DNA from: Octopus vulgaris
Taxonomy: Eukaryota
Length of the DNA: 64,000 bases
Reading direction: 5' to 3'
Assembly (NCBI GenBank): GCA_951406725.2
Contig: OX597823.1
Location: 372,001 to 436,000, forward strand
Below the pieces are notes generated by a model. That model ran no database searches. It was not told the origin of the DNA and saw nothing but the letters and a program-made list of their open reading frames with translations. Below, piece after piece: positions 54,260 through 64,000 of the stretch; position 1 is the stretch's first letter, and each line of letters begins with the position of its first letter. The translations under genes and the position numbers were made by a program.

Positions 54260-57200
54260 TGCTGGGTCTCCCCCGGGAGCCTCATGTGTTGCTAATTATC
54301 CCACTTCTTGAGATCAGACTTCACTATTTCAGGCCAAGATTTTCTCAATTTCTCTCTTCTTCAAGCAGCACTTCTCTCTTACATCCTCCATACACATCAT
54401 CACGTCACCCACACCATCTTCTCTCTTACATCCTCCATACACATCATCACGTCACCCACACCATCTTCTCTCTTACATCCTCCATACACATCATCACGTC
54501 ACCCACACCGTCTTCTCTCTTACATCCTCCATACACATCATCACGTCACCCACACCATCTTCTCTCTTACATCCTCCATACACATCATCACGTCACCCAC
54601 ACCATCTTCTCTCTTACATCCTCCATACACATCATCACGTCACCCACACCATCTTCTCTCTTACATCCTCCATACACATCATCACGTCACCCACACCATC
54701 TTCTCTCTTACATCCTCCATACACATCATCACGTCACCCACACCATCTTCTCTCTTACATACTCCATACACATCATCACGTCACCCACACCATCTTCTCT
54801 CTTACATCCTCCATACACATCATCACGTCACCCACACCATCTTCTCTCTTACATACTCCATACACATCATCACGTCACCCACACCATCTTCTCTCTTACA
54901 TACTCCATACACATCATCACGTCACCCACACCATCTTCTCTCTTACATCCTCCATACACATCATCACGTCACCCACACCATCTTCTCTCTTACATCCTCC
55001 ATACATATCATCACGTCACCCACACCATCTTCTCTCTTACATCCTCCATACACATCATCACGTCACCCACACCATCTTCTCTCTTACATACTCCATACAC
55101 ATCATCACGTCACCCACACCATCTTCTCTCTTACATACTCCATACACATCATCACGTCACCCACACCATCTTCTCTCTTACATACTCCATACACATCATC
55201 ACGTCACCCACACCATCTTCTCTCTTACATCCTCCATACACATCATCACGTCACCCACACCATCTTCTCTCTTACATCCTCCATACACATCATCACGTCA
55301 CCCACACCATCTTCTGTCTTACATACTCCATACACATCATCACGTCACCCACACCATCTTCTCTCTTACATCCTCCATACACATCATCACGTCACCCACA
55401 CCATCTTCTCTCTTACATACTCCATACACATCATCACGTCACCCACACCATCTTCTCTCTTACATCCTCCATACACATCATCACGTCACCCACACCATCT
55501 TCTCTCTTACATCCTCCATACACATCATCACGTCACCCACACCATCTTCTCTCTTACATCCTCCATACACATCATCACGTCACCCACACCATCTTCTCTC
55601 TTACATCCTCCATACACATCATCACGTCACCCACACCATCTTCTCTCTTACATCCTCCATACACATCATCACGTCACCCACACCATCTTCTCTCTTACAT
55701 CCTCCATACACATCATCACGTCACCCACACCATCTTCTCTCTTACATCCTCCATACACATCATCACGTCACCCACACCATCTTCTCTCTTACATCCTCCA
55801 TACACATCATCACGTCACCCACACCATCTTCTCTCTTACATCCTCCATACACATCATCACGTCACCCACACCATCTTCTCTCTTACACCCTCCATACACA
55901 TCATCACGTCACCCACACCATCTTCTCTCTTACATCCTCCATACACATCATCACGTCACCCACACCATCTTCTCTCTTACATCCTCCATACACATCATCA
56001 CGTCACCCACACCATCTTCTCTCTTACATCCTCCATACACATCATCACGTCACCCACACCATCTTCTCTCTTACATCCTCCATACACATCATCACGTCAC
56101 CCACACCATCTTCTCTTTTACATCCTCCATACACATCATCACGTCACCCACACCATCTTCTCTCTTACATCCTCCATACACATCATCACGTCACCCACAC
56201 CATCTTCTCTCTTACATCCTCCATACACATCATCACGTCACCCACACCATCTTCTCTCTTACACCCTCCATACACATCATCACGTCACCCACACCATCTT
56301 CTCTCTTACATCCTCCATACACATCATCACGTCACCCACACCATCTTCTCTCTTACATCCTCCATACACATCATCACGTCACCCACACCATCTTCTCTCT
56401 TACATCCTCCATACACATCATCACGTCACCCACACCATCTTCTCTCTTACATCCTCCATACACATCATCACGTCACCCACACCATCTTCTCTCTTACATC
56501 CTCCATACACATCATCACGTCACCCACACCATCTTCTCTCTTACATACTCCATACACATCATCACGTCACCCACACCATCTTCTCTCTTACATCCTCCAT
56601 ACACATCATCACGTCACCCACACCATCTTCTCTCTTACATCCTCCATACACATCATCACGTCACCCACACCATCTTCTCTCTTACATCCTCCATACACAT
56701 CATCATGTCACCCACACCATCTTCTCTCTTACACCCGCCATACACATCATCACGTCACCCACACCATCTTCTCTCTTACATCCTCCATACACATCATCAC
56801 GTCACCCACACCATCTTCTCTCTTACATCCTCCATACACATCATCACGTCACCCACACCATCTTCTCTCTTACATCCTCCATACACATCATCATGTCACC
56901 CACACCATCTTCTCTCTTACATCCTCCATACACATCATCACGTCACCCACACCATCTTCTCTCTTACATCCTCCATACACATCATCACGTCACCCACACC
57001 ATCTTCTCTCTTACATCCTCCATACACATCATCACGTCACCCACACCATCTCTCTTACATCCTCCATACACATCATCACGTCACCCACACCATCTTCTCT
57101 CTTACATCCTCCATACACATCATCACGTCACCCACACCATCTTCTCTCTTACATCCTCCATACACATCATCACGTCACCCACACCATCTTCTCTCTTACA

Positions 57201-58090
57201 TCCTCCATACACATCATCACGTCACCCACACCATCTTCTCTCTTACATCCTCCATACACATCATCACGTCACCCACACCATCTTCTCTCTTACATCCTCC
57301 ATACACATCATCACGTCACCCACACCATCTTCTCTCTTACATCCTCCATACACATCATCACGTCACCCACACCATCTTCTCTCTTACATCCTCCATACAC
57401 ATCATCACGTCACCCACACCTTCTTCTCTCTTACATACTCCATACACATCATCACGTCACCCACACCATCTTCTCTCTTACATCCTCCATACACATCATC
57501 ACGTCACCCACACCATCTTCTCTTACATCCTCCATACACATCATCACGTCACCCACACCATCTTCTCTCTTACATCCTCCATACACATCATCACGTCACC
57601 CACACCATCTTCTCTCTTACATACTCCATACACATCATCACGTCACCCACACCATCTTCTCTCTTACATACTCCATACACATCATCACGTCACCCACACC
57701 ATCTTCTCTCTTACATACTCCATACACATCATCACGTCACCCACACCATCTTCTCTCTTACATACTCCATACACATCATTACGTCACCCACACCATCTCT
57801 CTTACATCCTCCATACACATCATCACGTCACCCACACCATCTCTCTTTACATCCTCCATACACATCATCACGTCACCCACACCATCTTCTCTCTTACATA
57901 CTCCATGACTACTCTTATTCAGTCTTTTTCTCAGCTCATTTGTTCTCCATTGTTAATGCACAATGACATTATCATCTGGTCGAGTATGCCACCTCTTGTT
58001 TTCAGAAATCCTCTGCATTTAAGGCCCACATCACAATACTATGGAGCATCTCACTTTATACACAAGCCTCTTACAGTCTATCCTTGACTT
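54260..58090 (-). mobile_element. Decayed RTE LINE C-terminal fragment hosting the minisatellite
   Basis: Flanks 57906-58090 and 54260-54370 are colinear with the RTE region 46540-46900 (ACV...WAL.AED...NELRK on one side; RKSW.EIVKSDL on the other). Confidence 0.55.
54371..57906. repeat. 47-bp minisatellite, about 75 near-identical copies
   Basis: Unit CTTCTCTCTTACATCCTCCATACACATCATCACGTCACCCACACCAT; period 47 (54371, 54418, ...). Variants include ACATACTCC and 3-nt deletions near the right end. Confidence 0.99.
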
Positions 58091-58818
58091 TGAAGCAGAT
58101 GTAATATAACATATAAACACATGTGTTTGTATGTGTCATCATTTTATCTTTGCTTATTCCATGCTGGCATGGGATGGCTGGATCTCAGCATCTTGTCACT
58201 TGTCACAATCTTTCCTATCTGGGATCCATAACAACAAAATAAAAAAAGCTACCACTTTTAGTCTTATGCCCTGACTTCTCTTCATCCTGTATCTGTCTTA
58301 ATGTGGAGTCACCGTTTTCTTAGATGAGTTGCCTGTATGCAGAGTTCACATTTTTCTTTCAATTCATCTTTATTGTTGTTGTTGCAGTTTAGCACCAGAC
58401 AAAGTGCTTAGCAGAGTTATACTCCAGTCCTAGAGTCACCAGGTGCAAATGGGATTAGCTGAAGTAGAGATGAGCAAAGTCAGTCTCACAGGAATTGAGG
58501 CCTGAAAATCCAACATCATGTGGCGATGGGACTATGATGCCTCAACTAAAATTGCTAAAGGCAAGATTGTTCTCCAAATGCAGTGGAAGACAAAATATGC
58601 CTCTCAAGCTAATTCAAGGAGCCAAGAATCCATTGGTTAGCTGGTATCTAGAGAGACACCATGAAGAAGCACAAGTCCAATCTAGTTGAAGTCGGAAAGC
58701 AAAACCCTACTCTTCGGGTAATATTGTTCATGACAATCCATTGCTGATACCTGAATTACTATGGTTACTAAATGGTTAGGTGTCAAAAAAGAGAGGGGAG
58801 AGGGAGGGAGGGAGAGAG

Positions 58819-58884
<66 letters not shown>

Positions 58885-59435
58885 GGGGCCAAATATATAA
58901 ATTATTAAAAGAAAAAATTCCTTGCTTTCAGACCAGTTCTTTTGTTGGTGGATTAACTTCAGCATCATTCATGTGAAAATGTCCCTCCACATGCACAAAA
59001 CTTTTTTTTCACATCCTTAATACTGCATCTTCATCCCTTCTGAAACACTAGAACTTCTCAAGAAATGATGTTCAACAAGTAACAATATCTGAGATTTGTC
59101 AAAATGCAGTTGGGCGTTCATTAAAAGCATCAAAAAATAAGTCCAATCATATGAGCTACAGTTATCACTTGGTGGTTGATTGCATTACCAACTCATACTT
59201 GAGTATTGATTCATGAAGTGTTCAATACGATCGTTAGTTGTGAGCTTTCTGAGCTCTGAACAGCAGCAGACCTATGCTATAGAAATAAAAAACCAAACAT
59301 TAGCAGATGGCCAAGAAAACTATACACATTTGCTGTGCTATGCTCAGTGGAACCAAGGAACCAATCAATTCAGTTGTCTCTGTTAAAACTAAAATACTAG
59401 ACTAGAGTAGTAAGGGTTAAAAGTAATTGACTTAC

Positions 59436-59533
59436 ACTGGATTGCATAACTTGATAATAGTGCCGAGGTAGAATGAGGACAGACCAGCCGACCTTCTAAA
59501 AGGTCCTTCTTTAATTGGAGGAAGAAATGGTAT
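59436..59533 (-). CDS. PTPN4: FERM-domain exon (R-YHFFLQLKKDLLEGRLVCPHSTSALLSSYAIQ-S)
   Basis: TTATTGCAG acceptor, GTAAG donor, 98 nt, phase 2 to 1. It splices in frame to 46045-46165, giving AIQSELGDY. Confidence 0.9.
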
Positions 59534-61163
59534 CTGCAATAAATTCATAAACAAATAAAACAGAATGAAAAGGAATCAGTTCCTGGGTTATCATCATAGT
59601 TTTAGTTTTAAATATTCTGAAACCTGCAAATATACATTTATTCTTACTCAATAATTCAACAGACTTTAATGACAAATAAACCTTTAAAACGTAATAGAAT
59701 TTTTTTTTTTTATAAATTTATTGCAGGAATTATTTTAATGTCTATTATGAAGTATGTGTTAGCTAATTTTAAACATGTAAAGTATACAGCTGCTATCTGG
59801 CAACATAATAATATAAACCACAGCAAAAATTTGATTGCTAAAGTATTTTGTTCTGTTCAATCCTAGCTAGGGTTTAAATAATTTTGAAAATACAGACTAT
59901 ATTAGAGCTTTTTAATTTACAGCTCAATGCTACCTCATTTTTTTTTAACATTTTAAACTAATGGTGTTATTCATTCCAAAATTCTATGTTTGTATTTAAC
60001 TCTTGCTATAATGGCCACACTTATTGATTAATTTTTAACTGAATGTAGGGAGATCTCCCTTCACTAACTCTGAATCAGTTTAGAGTGAAACATGCAACTC
60101 ATAAGAGTGCAGCTCCAACAAAAACTGGAGTATAACCAGAAACTGTTGATAACTCAGAGAAAACAACAATACTGCTGCCTGCTTCTATGCAAATATTTCT
60201 TTAAAATAATCCAATAAACAGGAAAAAAACTTTAAAATGATATCAATAAAAATAAAGAAACCTATCTCTTTAATAAGCAAATATTAGGTAACATAGAAAA
60301 AAGGAAAGAAAATCAACAGATTTGAAAATATATACAAAAAACAAAAAAAAAATAAAACCGAAAATATGAAAAGAAAGAAATAGAAAAACATTGTTCTTTC
60401 TGTTTAATACCAATTCCAATAATCAACCATATTTTAAGAATATTTTTATGTTTTTATTTTAAAATTATATTCACCGATTCCATACTGATTCTTTCATCTT
60501 GTTTGTAAATGAAATCAAGAAGTTGGTACTTGTGAGATGTTTTTTTTTTCTTAAATTGTTAAGAAATAAAAGAAACATATCACAAGGAGAGAGAGAGAGA
60601 GGGTGGGGATGGATTTCATAAGAAAACCTTTTATGAAAGAAATAGCAAAAATGAAAAGACAAGAAATTGAAACAAAACAAAAGAAGCCTCTGGTTCTTTG
60701 AATCTAATAGCAAATAATAAAAACGTTTGCTTGTTTTTCTTCCCACTTTCTTTAATACTACTTTTACATATGTTTCTAAGAATAAGATTGGGTGGCTCTG
60801 AAATTTAGATACTTAGGCAAATTATAGAAAATAGATAGGCTAATATGAATTTGTGCCCTTTTGCATTATCTTTTTATCATTTTGTTTCAGTACTAGCCAC
60901 CTACACCTGTTTTTTTCTTCATCTTTTTCAGTTAGGTGGTGCGAAGCAAATACAGAAAACGTTTTTCATGTTAATTTAATATGTGCTTCACATTCCAAAG
61001 TTTCCATCTGTGAAGCAGACACTCTTCTATATTGAAATATTTCCAGATTTTTCATGTATTCTGCTACAGATGCAACATAATGAAAATCACTAGTAGCTAT
61101 TGTACTAATCTGATGCTGCAACACTACCTAAGTTAACTCTTGCGTATGCACCATCCTCCAAAT

Positions 61164-61487
61164 TCATCATCATCATCATCATCGTTTAACATCCGTTTTC
61201 CGCGCTAGTATGGGTTGGACGATTCGACCGGGGTCTGGGAAGCCAGGGGCTGCACCAGGCTCCAGTCTGATCTGGCAGAGTTTCTACAGCTGGATGCCCT
61301 TCCTAACGCCAACCACTCCGTGAGTGTAGTGGGTGCTTTTTTACGTGCCACCTGCACAGGTGCCAGGGGGGGTCCGGCATCGGCCACGATCGGTTGGAGC
61401 TTTTAACGTGCCACCGGCACGGAAGCCAGCCAAGGCGGCGCTGGCAACGGCCACGTTCGGATGGTGCTTTTTATGTGCCACCGGCAC
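61164..61487 (-). mobile_element. RTE-tail element with (ATG)n tail
   Basis: Reverse complement of the family at 34030-34377. Confidence 0.85.
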
Positions 61488-62404
61488 AATCACAAATATG
61501 ATATTTATTGTGAATTTGGCATGATCTTTAGAAAGTCAAATATTCTAAGATCTCTTTCACAATATTCTTTGCTTTTACATTTGGCATATCTAATTGCTCA
61601 GAGATAGCAAACGTCACTCTCTTTCAGTTCCATTATGTCAGCCTGTTTCTTGGAATCCTTTATCTAAACATGGACTTATTATGCTCAGTGCAACCAATTC
61701 ATTCTTAACCATTTCAAATCAAATTTTCAAATTGTAATATGGTAATACATATAAGCTAGTCACTTAAATAATTTCTGGGATAACTATAATTTTTCATCCG
61801 TTTTGTCAATAAATTAGATTGGAAGACAAAACCTGAGTATGACTGAGAGGAAGTGATCTTCTGTCAGGCTCATTTCCAAGTTATTGTGAATTTTAGTCAT
61901 AAAATCAATGGCATTGTTAAGTGCTGTTATTATCCTTGGAAGCATCATCTTTCATGTTCTTTTCTTCTAAACCAATATGAGTTAGGCAGTTCAGCAATAC
62001 TGCAACATTTTGCCTGCATCTCGAATATTTGTTCTAAGATCAGAAATGATTCTGAAGTTTGTCTTATCCATAGTTTCCCACCTCAACATAAAGTCAAATG
62101 GATCTCATCCAAGCCGACCCACTCCACCATAAATACCCCTATGACTCTCAGACACTTTGTTCGTTAACTAAAAGCCTCTATAATTTGTTTTGAGAGTACT
62201 TTATGATAGTATTTCTATATGAGTGATAGTGTACAACTAACTTGGCTGCTAACAATTCCAATCCTGACAATTTTGCCACCAAGTTCAGCATGGCAGCATC
62301 AAATTATTAAATAGATTAAAAGAAAAGTTTACAATTTGTAATAAGCTGTGGCAAATAAAGTACCTTATAAATTTACAACCAAAATATTATATATATATAT
62401 ATAA

Positions 62405-63500
62405 TAATAATAAGAGGGAGTATAACTCCAAACTTACAGGTTTTCGAGAGTTAAGTCAACTTATTTATTTAAGAAATTTTATTGTATTCTATATAACTAT
62501 TAATTGAATAGATTTGAATCTATAACTATTTTAGTTGTTAATGATAATTTAGGTATGTATATTTATTTAATAATTATTATTAGTATATAATTATTATAAC
62601 TGTACATAAATTTCAAGATATTAGTTAGTCACTGTGGTATATAGATTGTAAAATAGTCATACGATTTTTTTAAGATAGGTTATATGTTTTTAATTTTTAA
62701 ACTGTATTTCATAAATATATTCTATAGATATTTATAATATTTATGTAAGTAATAATGAACTAATTTATTTATTTTTGGTTATATGTTTATATATTTATTG
62801 CTAGAGGAAATTTTAGATTTTTAATTACTATATTTGTTGATTATAATTTAGATACTTATTTTCATGTATTTATTATTTTATAATTATTAGATGTGAACTT
62901 AAATCTAAAAATATTAATAGTGATTATTTTGTTAAATAATTTGGTAAATATTTTGTTAAATAATTTGGTAATTAAATATTGGAGTATAACTGATAGTTTA
63001 TTATGTTTTTTAAAGCCAAATTATAGCTTCAAAGATAAATACATATCTCTATCTATTTTTTACCTTAAAAATTAAATATTTAACATAATAAATGTGTTGT
63101 ATGAAATAATCCTAATGTTTTAAGTTTCTAATTTAGTTAATGGAGTTTTTTCTATAAGAAAAATTATTATTTTATTTATTTCTTAAATAAATATTGCTTA
63201 ATTCTATTTGCTTATTTATTTAACTATTATAATTAACCTGAAGATTGACTATAATTTTAAATCGAATTTATTTCAATTGAATTTAAACTTAATTGTAATT
63301 CGAATTTAATTGTAGTCATGAAACGGATGTAGTTCTTTTACTTATTATATTATATATTGATCATTCATTTTTATACTTTTTGAGATCTAGTTATAAGTTA
63401 TAGGTTTTATAAAAATATATATTATTTGTTATTTATGTATTGGTTTATTTATGTCTATCACTGTTTGAGTTGCATAATAGTGGTTTTATCTCTAATTTAT
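62405..63500 (+). mobile_element. Very AT-rich non-coding Penelope-type element(s) between TA and TATG microsatellites
   Basis: Hammerhead at 63235-63334 and a possible minus-strand half motif (GAAAACCTGTAAG) near 62426-62438. Boundaries are approximate. Confidence 0.5.
63235..63334 (+). ncRNA. Type I hammerhead ribozyme with extended stem II
   Basis: AAC-CTGAAGA-T-TGACTATAATT...AATTGTAGTCA-T-GAAAC-GGAT-GTA-GTT. The core is intact and stem II begins with an 11-bp helix. Confidence 0.75.
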
Positions 63501-63555
63501 TTTATGTATGTATGTATGTATGTGTGTTTGTGTATGTATGTATGTATGTATGTAT

Positions 63556-63908
63556 AGGTGCAGTGTAGCTCTATGGTAAGAAGCTTGCTTCCCAACCATA
63601 TCATCCTGGGTTCAGTCTCACAGTATGGCACTTTGAGCAAGTGTCTTCTACTATAGCCTTGGGCTGACCAAAGTGGATTTGGTAGACAGAGACTGAAAGA
63701 AGCCTGTTGTGTTTATATATAGTACGTATGTATGTATATATTTGTATGTGTGTCTGTGTTTATCCCCCCATCATTGCTTGACAACCAATGTTGGTGTGTT
63801 TACATCCCTGTACCTTAGCGGTTCAGCAAAGGAGACTGATAGAAATAAGTACTAGGTTTACAAAGAATGATTTGGTGCTCCTGCATGGCTGCAGTCAAAT
63901 GACTGAAA
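63556..63908 (+). mobile_element. tRNA-derived SINE, same family as 6436-6840
   Basis: Colinear similarity including the head, CTTTGAGCAAGTG and the GCAGTCAAATGACTGAAA tail. Confidence 0.85.
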
Positions 63909-63932
63909 TATGTGAATAAATAAATACATATG

Positions 63933-63934
<2 letters not shown>

Positions 63935-64000
<66 letters not shown>
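63935..64000. repeat. (GA)n microsatellite
   Basis: Directly visible; others occur at 17619-17647, 32809-32836, 39758-39782 and 58812-58880. Confidence 0.95.

Noticed and set aside
54371-57906. CRISPR-like array
   Set aside because: The units are head-to-tail identical with no unique spacers, there are no cas genes and the context is eukaryotic.
54259-58087. 1235- and 1259-aa His/Ser/Thr-rich ORFs
   Set aside because: The 47-nt unit has no plus-strand stop in any frame and the same peptide cycles through all frames. The region is intronic and antisense to the host gene.

Overview
AT-rich, repeat-dominated eukaryotic DNA, most likely an octopus or other cephalopod (inferred from the SINE/LINE families and dense (TA)n, (CA)n and (ATG)n microsatellites). 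The window is almost all intron of one minus-strand gene. Four in-frame GT-AG exons (59436-59533, 46045-46165, 41866-41953, 40705-40793) encode part of a FERM domain that best matches PTPN3/PTPN4 (Ptpmeg), and there is a candidate 81-nt cassette exon at 17358-17438. The introns hold three mariner copies, CR1-like and RTE LINEs with partner SINEs, a 2.6-kb (TA)n tract and a 47-bp minisatellite that arose inside an RTE remnant. The main discovery is a dense set of Penelope-like elements (RT with YRDD plus C-terminal GIY-YIG) and small non-coding fold-back relatives inserted into (TA)n. They carry about ten type I hammerhead ribozyme motifs, intact or decayed, from several families. Recurring unusual features are a long stem II, a U-U closing pair, a CCGNNGA core and a palindromic loop 3. 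The very long low-complexity ORFs are repeat artefacts. All calls come from reading the sequence by eye; no searches were run.
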